A model generated the notes under the pieces. It was given only the letters and a program-made list of their open reading frames with translations, was not told the origin of the DNA and did not search any database. Shown piece by piece: positions 6,606-14,790 of a stretch of 18,691 nucleotides of DNA (its first letter is position 1; each line of letters starts with the position of its first letter). The stretch is taken from the NCBI GenBank assembly GCA_037381445.1, contig JARRQT010000026.1:1-18691 (forward strand). The letters run 5' to 3'. A program made the position numbers and the translations under genes. Origin of the DNA: Calditrichia bacterium. GTDB lineage: Bacteria; Calditrichota; Calditrichia; RBG-13-44-9.

Positions 6606-7874
6606 ATGTTTGGAAAAGGCAGTGTATTGGTTATCCTCGGATTTATATTGGCTTTTGCAACCTATGAAAGAAAGATGAACCGGGCGGTAATGTCATCCTC
6701 GGACAATTTTAATACTTATTACTCCAAGGCGGTGGTCCACGAAAGTGCAATTAGCAGCATCAATTATGCTATTAATCAGCTCTGGTCCAGTGCAGACACT
6801 TCAGATAATTTTACGATGGTGGCAAATGGCTGTACCACAAATGTATCCATCTTCCCATTGAATCTTGATACTATTCAGGTGAAGGCAAAATCGCGTGGTT
6901 ATGTCTTCGAAGATGAATATTGGGCTAACCACAACTCGCTGATGCTGGTGCAGGATTCAGTGATGGCGAATTTCTCTTATAAGATGTCCCTGTCAAAATA
7001 TTTTTGGTTTACCAACAATGAAAACGGGGTCTACTGGATTGGCGGCGACACTGTGTGGGGACCAATCCATACTAATACGGTTTTGAATACCAACGGCGAT
7101 CCGGTTTTTTATGGGAAGGTGACGGCGTTTAAAGGGATTGCACCCAATCCGGCCAGAAAATCGGGGGCAGACAAGAATCTTGCAAAATTTTACGGCGGAT
7201 GGGAAGTCGGGATAAAAAATGATATTCCCACCGATCTGTCATATCTTATTAATGCGGCGAATGCCGCAAATGGCACAGCGGCTCCCAATACAAAATGTAT
7301 TTATGATAAAGAGACAAGTTTCGAATTTTTAGCGAATGGAGATGTAATCCGGACCGTGGATGGCAGTGCGCCGGATACTGTAGCAATAACTGATATTGCT
7401 CCGACTGGAGTTATCTATTCTTCTATGGATGTCCGGGTGAAAGGAGTCTTTAACGGTCAGCTAACTATTTATTCGAATCAAAACCTATGGATCGATGACG
7501 ATATTGTGTATGCGGATGATCCCAACACAAATCCCAATTCTAATGATCTTCTGGGATTAGTAGCCAAGCAGAATGTAGTAATATCAGAAAATGGCATGAA
7601 CAATAATGATGTAACTATCCAATCCTGCATCATGGCCATGGATGGATCTTTTACAGCAGAGAATTTTTCAACCCGGCCGATTTCAGGGAAAATAGACTTT
7701 ACCGGCAGTATTGTGCAGAATAAGAGAGGTGGTGTGGGTACTTTCAGTTCCTGGTCGGGCTCAATTACTCATGGATTTAACAAATATTACCGCTACGATA
7801 AGAGACTGGAATACATGGCGCCTCCTTACTATCCGTTTTTGCGGTCGTTGCGGCTGGTTTCATGGTGGGAATAA
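6606..7874 (+). CDS. Large PilX-like tip pilin/adhesin (DUF4900-like C-terminal region)
   Basis: MFGKG|SVLVILGFILAF N-terminus, then AxSSINYA, FTNxE...GDTVWGPIHTN, repeated short beta-strands, YDxRL...PPYYP and a terminal WWE, as in PilX-like proteins. Confidence 0.65.
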   Translation: MFGKGSVLVILGFILAFATYERKMNRAVMSSSDNFNTYYSKAVVHESAISSINYAINQLWSSADTSDNFTMVANGCTTNVSIFPLNLDTIQVKAKSRGYVFEDEYWANHNSLMLVQDSVMANFSYKMSLSKYFWFTNNENGVYWIGGDTVWGPIHTNTVLNTNGDPVFYGKVTAFKGIAPNPARKSGADKNLAKFYGGWEVGIKNDIPTDLSYLINAANAANGTAAPNTKCIYDKETSFEFLANGDVIRTVDGSAPDTVAITDIAPTGVIYSSMDVRVKGVFNGQLTIYSNQNLWIDDDIVYADDPNTNPNSNDLLGLVAKQNVVISENGMNNNDVTIQSCIMAMDGSFTAENFSTRPISGKIDFTGSIVQNKRGGVGTFSSWSGSITHGFNKYYRYDKRLEYMAPPYYPFLRSLRLVSWWE

Positions 7875-7893
7875 AAAGGAATTTTGAGGTATT

Positions 7894-9138
7894 ATGGCAC
7901 TGGATAAGCAAATGATTCTGGAAGGAAAAAAACTTCTGCACGATCTAATGGGGCAGATTCCCAATACGCTCTTCAGTCTGGAGAAGCAGATGTTTATCGG
8001 AAATGAAGTGCTGCGAACTCTTCAGAACGATAAAAGGATTATTCTGCGGAAACTGATCAACACCTTTCTTTCTGAAATGCGGAGAGTGGATGCGTCCGAT
8101 ATCGATATCGGTGGATTGGGCACCAAAAAAATGGTCTGGTTACGGGTAAACGGGGAGAAGAAGCCCGTTCAGGAACTTGGCACCTTTGAACTGACCGAAT
8201 TTGATATTCTGATCCAGAGCGTTCTGCTGGACCGGCAAAAACAGATGCTCTACGAAAACCGGAATGTTGATTTTTCTTATACCTTTACCGATGGCGAAGG
8301 AGTGCTGTATCGTAACAGGGCGAACATCGCTTTCGATTTGAATGCGTTGTCACTCAACATGCGCGCTATCCGGACCAGAACCAGAAATTATGATGAGTAC
8401 GGTTTCAGTCCGGCCGTTACGCAGACATTGAGCCTGGCTTACACAAAAGAAGGCCTGATTTTGATTACCGGCATCACCGGTTCGGGCAAGAGTACTACAA
8501 TGGATGCCATTGTCGATCTGAATAACCGCAGCGTGAACGGTCATATTATTATCATTGCCTCCCCGATTGAGTTTGTGCATGAGGCCAAAAAATGCATCGT
8601 TCGTCATCGGGAAGTCGGGCGGGATACTACTTCGTTCAAAAACGGGACCATAGAAGCGCTCCGCCAGGACCCGGATATTATCATCATTGGTGAAATGAGG
8701 GATCCGGAAACTATCATGGCCGCGCTGGAAGTCGCGGACAGCGGTCATAAAGTATTCTCCACATTGCATACTTCCTCCGCGGTAGAGAGCATCGAGCGTA
8801 TTATCGGTGAAGTTCCTTCCATTGAACAGGAGCGGGTGCGAAACCGGCTGGCTGATATTCTGCGGTGTGTCATCTCGCAAAAGCTGGTACCCACGCTGAA
8901 TGGAAAGGTAACGCTGACCAAGGAAGTCATGTTGATGACGCCGTCAATTCGGGCCGCCATCAAAAACAACAATACCAATGAAATATACCAGATGATCAGC
9001 GAGGGCCAGAAATACGGCATGGCGACTATCGAACAGGATCTGGCGCGCATGTATTTCGAGAAGAAAATTTCGGCAACCAATGCTGTAAACTATGCCAATA
9101 ATAAACGAAGAATAAAACAATTACTCAAAATAGTTTAA
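7894..9138 (+). CDS. pilT: PilT/PilU-family retraction ATPase (divergent)
   Basis: Walker A GITGSGKST, REVGRDT, ALRQDPDIIIIGEMRD, GHKVFSTLHTSS, VISQKLVP, AIRNLIRE-like SIRAAIK, GMATIEQDL; no zinc motif. Confidence 0.88.
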   Translation: MALDKQMILEGKKLLHDLMGQIPNTLFSLEKQMFIGNEVLRTLQNDKRIILRKLINTFLSEMRRVDASDIDIGGLGTKKMVWLRVNGEKKPVQELGTFELTEFDILIQSVLLDRQKQMLYENRNVDFSYTFTDGEGVLYRNRANIAFDLNALSLNMRAIRTRTRNYDEYGFSPAVTQTLSLAYTKEGLILITGITGSGKSTTMDAIVDLNNRSVNGHIIIIASPIEFVHEAKKCIVRHREVGRDTTSFKNGTIEALRQDPDIIIIGEMRDPETIMAALEVADSGHKVFSTLHTSSAVESIERIIGEVPSIEQERVRNRLADILRCVISQKLVPTLNGKVTLTKEVMLMTPSIRAAIKNNNTNEIYQMISEGQKYGMATIEQDLARMYFEKKISATNAVNYANNKRRIKQLLKIV

Positions 9139-9153
9139 AAGTAGGGTAATAAA

Positions 9154-10734
9154 ATGACAGATGACAGGGAATTTACAGGAAAATTAGCCATAGGCCTGTT
9201 TGTAGAGGGGCAGTATCTGCATGCGGCGTGTCTGGCCGTTCACAAGAAGAGAGTCAAACTGATCGACGCTCAAATTGTAAAAATGCAGAAATCGATGGAA
9301 AATGTTAAAGTGGAGGAGGAGGTCTTATCGGAAGTATTCACCGATAGTCAGGAGGATATGGCCCCGCTTGATATTTCGGATGATATCGCCAATGTTCATT
9401 GGGATGATACCGATACGACTTCCGATGCCAGGGACAATGCAGAAATACTGCGCACTTTGCTCAAAAAGTATCCGAACAAAAAGAATAAGCTGGCGATCAG
9501 TCTGGCCGAACCGCAGATCTATTACAGCTATTATGGCAGCGACTGGGGTTTGGAAGGAAAAAAACTGACGCAGAAGATTCTGGAAGATCTGGTACGGGAA
9601 CGCCAGAATGGTGAAACGATTTATCCGGACGCCCTGCATGTGGTGAAATTGAAGGACGGCAGATTGATGGGCCTGGTCCGGGACAAAGAAGTCAATATCC
9701 TGAACATCCTGGACTATCTGCGGTCCGAGAAAGATGTGCGCATTCCCAAAATTTCGCTGATTGAAAGCGGTGAAACCGCAATTGTCAATCTGGTGAACGC
9801 GAATTATGATTTTGACGAAGAAGATATCACCGTTATTGTCTACATGGGAAATGAATTCAGCCGCCTGATCTTCCTCAAGGGAAATGAGATATACAATATT
9901 TCTTATATCATCGGCGCGGGCCTGGATTCGGAAAATATTACCAATACAATCTTCAGCCGCATTCTGCTGGAGCAGGATAATCTCAATCTTCCCAAGATTC
10001 ATAATGTCCTGCTGACTGGTGAAGCTTTTGAGGTTGGACTTAAAGGATATCTTGAAAGCAAGCTGTCTGAGGAAATTAATGTTGATTATCTTAGACTCAA
10101 TAATCTGGATGTTATTGGAAATGAGCCGTTGGCTTCCAGGTTTGCGGTGGCCATTGGGACGGCATGGAGAATTCTGAATGATAGTGAAGAATATTTTTAT
10201 GATGTAAATTTATTGCCGATGAAAATTCGAGAAGGACAAAAGAGGTTCAAGCTGGGTTTGATCGGCTGGACGCTGCTTTTTCTTCTCCCGGCCATTTCGT
10301 TTTACTCTACCCAAAAGATTAGCCAGCAGATTGAAGCACTCACTCAATTAAAGGTCAGTGAACAGAATTACAAGACAGAGCTGGCCGGGCTTCAGGAAAT
10401 TGAAGCTAAAGTTAATGCCCAAAGGGCCCGATTATCAAAATATGAGAACGCTTTTAAGGTGCTGGATGCCATGTCAATCGGTCGAAATAAATGGAATGAT
10501 TTTCTTTACAAGCTGGACCGTGTTACCAGCCGAACCGGTAACCTGTGGCTCACGGACATGACCTCAAAATCGAACGAAGCTGTAACATTACGCGGATTTT
10601 CGCTCTTTCGAAACCGGATACCGCAATTTTCCAATGCAATTGGCGGCGGCGATTTAGATAAGGTACTGGTTCAGGATATCCGTGATAAAAGAGTATATAA
10701 TTTTGAACTTGAAGCCAAGTTGCCATCCGAATAG
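9154..10734 (+). CDS. PilM-PilN fusion (GspL-like alignment protein)
   Basis: Actin-like features (AIGL, VIVYMG, VLLTGE, AVAIGTAW), then the PilN hallmark VNLLP at 10204, one TM helix, a coiled coil and a PilN-like C-domain (LWLTDM...VTLRGFS). Confidence 0.75.
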   Translation: MTDDREFTGKLAIGLFVEGQYLHAACLAVHKKRVKLIDAQIVKMQKSMENVKVEEEVLSEVFTDSQEDMAPLDISDDIANVHWDDTDTTSDARDNAEILRTLLKKYPNKKNKLAISLAEPQIYYSYYGSDWGLEGKKLTQKILEDLVRERQNGETIYPDALHVVKLKDGRLMGLVRDKEVNILNILDYLRSEKDVRIPKISLIESGETAIVNLVNANYDFDEEDITVIVYMGNEFSRLIFLKGNEIYNISYIIGAGLDSENITNTIFSRILLEQDNLNLPKIHNVLLTGEAFEVGLKGYLESKLSEEINVDYLRLNNLDVIGNEPLASRFAVAIGTAWRILNDSEEYFYDVNLLPMKIREGQKRFKLGLIGWTLLFLLPAISFYSTQKISQQIEALTQLKVSEQNYKTELAGLQEIEAKVNAQRARLSKYENAFKVLDAMSIGRNKWNDFLYKLDRVTSRTGNLWLTDMTSKSNEAVTLRGFSLFRNRIPQFSNAIGGGDLDKVLVQDIRDKRVYNFELEAKLPSE

Positions 10735-10752
10735 TGATGGGGAGGTAATTCT

Positions 10753-11634
10753 GTGTCATATAAAATGAGAAATATTATCGTTCTGGGCAGCTTCTGCCTG
10801 CTTGTATCCTTGGTCAGCGGCTATTTTATCTTTTTGCATTTTCCGGGAAAGATGAAAAAAGTGAATAAAAGCATAACCTCTCTCAAGAAGCAGATCTCAG
10901 CGCTGGATGGAATTCAGGATGAATATTATAAGTTAGAGGATATGATCAAGAACCAGGAAAAAAGACTGGCCAACCTCGATAAACGAATTGTCCCTTCAGT
11001 GACCCCGGCGGCCACCTATAATTACCTGAATAATATTTTGAATTATTCCGGTCTGCTGGAATTTGATCTTCTCTATACCGGCACGAAAGATGAAAAAGAT
11101 TTTCATTACAATATGTACAGTGTCAAAGGCGAAGGGAATTTCGACAAGATATTCAAATTTGTTTCCTACATCGAGAGGGGTCCGGAATTTTACAGGATCA
11201 ACAAAATAAACCTAAAGCTGGTGGAAACGAAGGACAAGGATACCGGAAAGAACCAGGTGGTCGTTCCCTTTGAGATTGAACTCTGGGCCCTGTATGCAGA
11301 TGTGGACAAATTACCCAAAATTCACCGCACTCTGGATAATGTGTCTGTGAAATATGTTTCGAATCCCTTCTATCCCAATATTTATGCGAACATTCCGGCA
11401 AACTCGGATGACCTGTTGGAAGTGGAACGCGCTGAACTCAAGGCTGTCATGCCGAATAAGGCGATGATTGCCGACAACCAGGGGAAAGTTCATATCCTGC
11501 AGGAAGGCGACCGGGTATATCTGGGATATTGCAGCAAAATCAAGGTCGAAAAAAATGAAGTGGACTTTATACTCAATAAAGGCGGCATTGTCGAAAAGTT
11601 TACATTGAATCTCAGGTTTAACGAATCAAATTAA
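10753..11634 (+). CDS. PilO-like protein with a C-terminal PilP/GspC-HR-like domain
   Basis: N-terminal TM, coiled coil and PilO-like core (VKGEGNFDKIFKFVSYIE), then NPFYP and AMIADNQGKVHILQEGDRV. GTG start with SD GGAGG. Confidence 0.7.
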   Translation: MSYKMRNIIVLGSFCLLVSLVSGYFIFLHFPGKMKKVNKSITSLKKQISALDGIQDEYYKLEDMIKNQEKRLANLDKRIVPSVTPAATYNYLNNILNYSGLLEFDLLYTGTKDEKDFHYNMYSVKGEGNFDKIFKFVSYIERGPEFYRINKINLKLVETKDKDTGKNQVVVPFEIELWALYADVDKLPKIHRTLDNVSVKYVSNPFYPNIYANIPANSDDLLEVERAELKAVMPNKAMIADNQGKVHILQEGDRVYLGYCSKIKVEKNEVDFILNKGGIVEKFTLNLRFNESN

Positions 11635-11648
11635 ATGAAAGAGTCAAA

Positions 11649-12854
11649 ATGAAAGCGAAGATCTATCTGTTAGCACTCGTTATGGTAATGGTTGCCATCA
11701 GCCTGATGCCGGCCCAGAATAAGATTCCGCGTGATCTGCGTAAAACCTATGCTGCACCGGATGAAATTGTTTCCCTGTCGAAAACGATGCCCTTTAATCA
11801 GGCTTTGCTGGTTTTCAATGATCTCAGCAAAAAATATCTGAAAAAGCCCATTGTGGAACCGGATGGAAAGAACTTCCCCATCGGCGAAGATATCGACAAA
11901 ATGCAATGGTTCGATGCCCTGGAATTGATACTGAGGAAGAACAACCTCTGGTATGAAGAATATCCAGACTATATTAAGATTGTTCCATTTTCCCAGAACG
12001 CAGAGGGTTTAAGCGAAGAGGAGAAAAAAGTCATTGCAACCTTTAATACGCGGGAAGTGGTCATATCGGCAATCTTCTTCGAAACCAATACCACCAAGCT
12101 CCGCCAGGCAGGTATGAGCTGGAATATTTTCCGGGGGAAGGATCTGAACCTGGATGCCCGGCTGTCTGCGGTTGATGAAAAGACCGGTCTGTTCGAAGTG
12201 GATGTGGAACCAAATCTTAAGTTCGGAAATATCCTGGCCGTCTTTAAGGCCCTGGAGAGTGATCAGCTTGGTGAAATCATTGCCAGCCCCCAGGTGACCG
12301 TCAAGTCTGAACAAGAAGGCCGTATTCAGGTGGGAAGCGATATCTCGGTTACCCTGAAGGATTTTGCGGGAAACACAATCACCCAGTTTTATTCGACAGG
12401 CTCTATCATCAAAGTCAAGCCGATGGTCATTCAGCATGATTCTATCGATTTCATCAATCTTGATCTGGATATTGAACGGAGTAATGCGGCAACCAGTCAG
12501 GCCGGCCTGGAAATTAAGAAGTCGTCTGCTCAAACAACTGTGCTGCTGCTGGATGGCGAAGAAACCATTATCGGCGGGCTGAATATTGAAGAACAATCCT
12601 CGGACAGGCAGGGGATTCCTTTCCTGAAGGATTTACCCTGGTGGTTCTTTGGCTTGCGATATGTTTTCGGGTATAATCAGAGGAGTCTCATTAAAAAGGA
12701 ATTGCTTATCCTGATTAAAGCCGAGCTGCTGCCGACGCTGGAAGAAAGATTTGAGAAGAAACTGAATTCTGTCCGCAACTCGGACCTTCTCCATGAGAAG
12801 AAACAATCGATTCGAAATCAGTTTGAGAAATATAAGGAACAATGGGAAAAATAG
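11649..12854 (+). CDS. pilQ: Short outer-membrane secretin (PilQ/GspD family)
   Basis: Signal peptide; WFDALELILRKNNL N0/STN-like region; REVVISAIFFE, IIASPQVTV, IQVGSDI, LLDGEETIIGGL, GIPFLKDLP, ELLILIKAE secretin motifs. Confidence 0.9.
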   Translation: MKAKIYLLALVMVMVAISLMPAQNKIPRDLRKTYAAPDEIVSLSKTMPFNQALLVFNDLSKKYLKKPIVEPDGKNFPIGEDIDKMQWFDALELILRKNNLWYEEYPDYIKIVPFSQNAEGLSEEEKKVIATFNTREVVISAIFFETNTTKLRQAGMSWNIFRGKDLNLDARLSAVDEKTGLFEVDVEPNLKFGNILAVFKALESDQLGEIIASPQVTVKSEQEGRIQVGSDISVTLKDFAGNTITQFYSTGSIIKVKPMVIQHDSIDFINLDLDIERSNAATSQAGLEIKKSSAQTTVLLLDGEETIIGGLNIEEQSSDRQGIPFLKDLPWWFFGLRYVFGYNQRSLIKKELLILIKAELLPTLEERFEKKLNSVRNSDLLHEKKQSIRNQFEKYKEQWEK

Positions 12855-13053
12855 TATAATTTCCGAATAGATATTTTGAATCCATTGGATAGCTATTTTA
12901 AAAATTTTGTTTATTGATACTTAAGAAAGAATTTTAAATAAGGAAGCGAAAATATTTGCATGAAACACCCAGTCCGATTGGCATTTAAACTGATCAGGCT
13001 CAGGTAATTGACGGCAGGATATTCGACTGCGCCATATAATTTGAAGCACCCCT

Positions 13054-13103
13054 AATACCCCCTTTTCACATTTTTGCGGAGAGGGGGTATTCTCTTTCCT
13101 TTC
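13054..13103 (+). terminator. Intrinsic terminator downstream of the pil operon
   Basis: AATACCCCCTTTTC / GGAGAGGGGGTATT 14-bp stem (two G-U pairs) followed by a pyrimidine-rich tail, CTCTTTCCTTTC. Confidence 0.8.
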
Positions 13104-13242
13104 ATTCTCCTGTTATTTTTTTGGGCGATTTGCGGATTTATTTCCCGGTCTGCACAGGAACTGTTTCAATAATTCCTCCTTTAATTAACTATAGGACCCG
13201 GGAAATAGAACTTTTTGAACAATCAATTTGGAGGAGGGGTTT

Positions 13243-14637
13243 ATGGATAAGGTTAAAAGCAGAACAGAGCATGATTCCCTTGGCGACCGGGAGGTGCCGT
13301 CGGAAGCCTATTTTGGAATACAGACATTGCGGGCGGTGGAAAATTTCCCGGTCAGCGGTTATCATGAAGATCCTGTTTTTATCAAAGCATATGGGCGGAT
13401 CAAGAAAGCTGCCTGCAAAGTAAATCATAAATTGGGCAGAATAGATGATGAACGGGCCCGGGCGATTGATCAGGCCGCAGGCGAGGTTGTTGAGGGTCAA
13501 TTCAATGACCAGTTTGTTGTGGATGTTTTTCAGGCCGGGGCAGGCACCAGTTTTCATATGAATGTGAACGAGGTTATCGCCAACCGGGCCCTGGAAATAC
13601 TGGGCAAAGAGCGGGGCAATTACAAATATGTCAGCCCCAATGATCTTGTTAATCACGGACAATCCACCAATGACACGTTCCCCACTGCCATACATCTGGC
13701 GGTGCTGGAATTATGGCAAGACCTGCGTCCCATACTGGAAAGCCTTGCCGGCTCTTTTGAAGAGCGCGGGAAAAAATTCCATCATATCCTGAAATCCGGA
13801 AGAACCCATTTGCAGGATGCAGTTCCGGTGAGACTGGGCCAGGAATTCCGCGCCTATGGTCAGGCGATTAAAAGATCAATTCGCATTATGGAATCCGCAG
13901 CGAATGAATTACTTGAATTGCCGATCGGCGGAACAGCGGGCGGCACCGGTCTGAATGCGCCGGAGGGATACCAGGCAGAGGTCGTAAAAGAATTATCGAA
14001 AATTACCGGATTGGAATTTCGAGCAGCGCCGGACCTTCGCGAAGCCATGCAGAGCCGTCAGGGATTGGGTGCCATGTCGGCAGGCCTCCGCAGCCTTTCT
14101 CTGGAGTTGATCCGGATTGCCAACGATCTGCGGCTGCTCACCTCCGGCCCTGCGACGGGGCTGGCGGAAATTGTGCTGCCCACGGTTCAGCCGGGCTCAT
14201 CAATTATGCCGGCCAAGGTTAATCCGGTGATGGCCGAATGCCTGAATATGATCTGTTTCCAGATTATCGGGAATGACACCGCCATGACCATGGCAATTCA
14301 GGCCGGACAACTGGAGTTGAATGTCATGATGCCGCTCATGGTACACAATCTTTTGCAGAGTTTCCGTATGCTGATTAACTATCTCCCGGTTTTCATAGAG
14401 AAATGTGTGGCAGGGATTACCGCCAATGAAAAGCGATGCAATGATTACATGCATCGGTCGGCAGCACTGGGAACCGTTTTAAATCCGCAAATCGGCTACC
14501 TGAAAACTGCGAAGCTGATCAAAGAAGCGCTGGCAAAAGGGGAGTCCATCCGTGACCTGGTCATTGAAAAGAATATCCTTCCCAGCGAAAAGATGGACGA
14601 TCTTTTGGATCCCATAAAACTAACCGGCGAAAAATGA
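13243..14637 (+). CDS. aspA: Aspartate ammonia-lyase (fumarase/aspartase superfamily)
   Basis: GSSIMPAKVNP signature, QAGAGTS, QSTND and GRTHLQDA are AspA-type rather than FumC-type (QTGSGT/QSSND). ATG 13243 with SD GGAGG is preferred over TTG 13228. Confidence 0.85.
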   Translation: MDKVKSRTEHDSLGDREVPSEAYFGIQTLRAVENFPVSGYHEDPVFIKAYGRIKKAACKVNHKLGRIDDERARAIDQAAGEVVEGQFNDQFVVDVFQAGAGTSFHMNVNEVIANRALEILGKERGNYKYVSPNDLVNHGQSTNDTFPTAIHLAVLELWQDLRPILESLAGSFEERGKKFHHILKSGRTHLQDAVPVRLGQEFRAYGQAIKRSIRIMESAANELLELPIGGTAGGTGLNAPEGYQAEVVKELSKITGLEFRAAPDLREAMQSRQGLGAMSAGLRSLSLELIRIANDLRLLTSGPATGLAEIVLPTVQPGSSIMPAKVNPVMAECLNMICFQIIGNDTAMTMAIQAGQLELNVMMPLMVHNLLQSFRMLINYLPVFIEKCVAGITANEKRCNDYMHRSAALGTVLNPQIGYLKTAKLIKEALAKGESIRDLVIEKNILPSEKMDDLLDPIKLTGEK

Positions 14638-14790
14638 AACCAGCTTTGATTCACCGCAAAAAATCGGTTTATTTGAAAGCTACGGAGAGCAGAATACTTC
14701 TGTATGTTAATCTGATATTGTTTTGGAAATTGTGGCTAGCAGGCTCTTGGAGAATATCATGTTTTTGCTAATCAGGAAAGGAAGCTATCA

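Noticed and set aside
7200..7750. AT-richer stretch in the PilX-like gene as a sign of horizontal transfer
   Set aside because: Largely explainable by Asn/Ile/Asp-rich composition; no mobility genes or boundary repeats seen.
2138..12854. Calling the cluster a classical type II secretion system
   Set aside because: A PilT-family ATPase and a highly expressed major-pilin arrangement favour a retractile pilus, although a secretion role cannot be excluded.
13010..13035. T-arm-like GACGGCAGGATATTCGACTGCGCC as a tRNA/tmRNA remnant or att site
   Set aside because: Only TTCGA matches. There is no cloverleaf, CCA end, integrase or second copy.
13243..14637. fumC assignment
   Set aside because: Diagnostic motifs (GAGTS, QSTND, MPAKVNP) fit AspA better. 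Activity is not verified.
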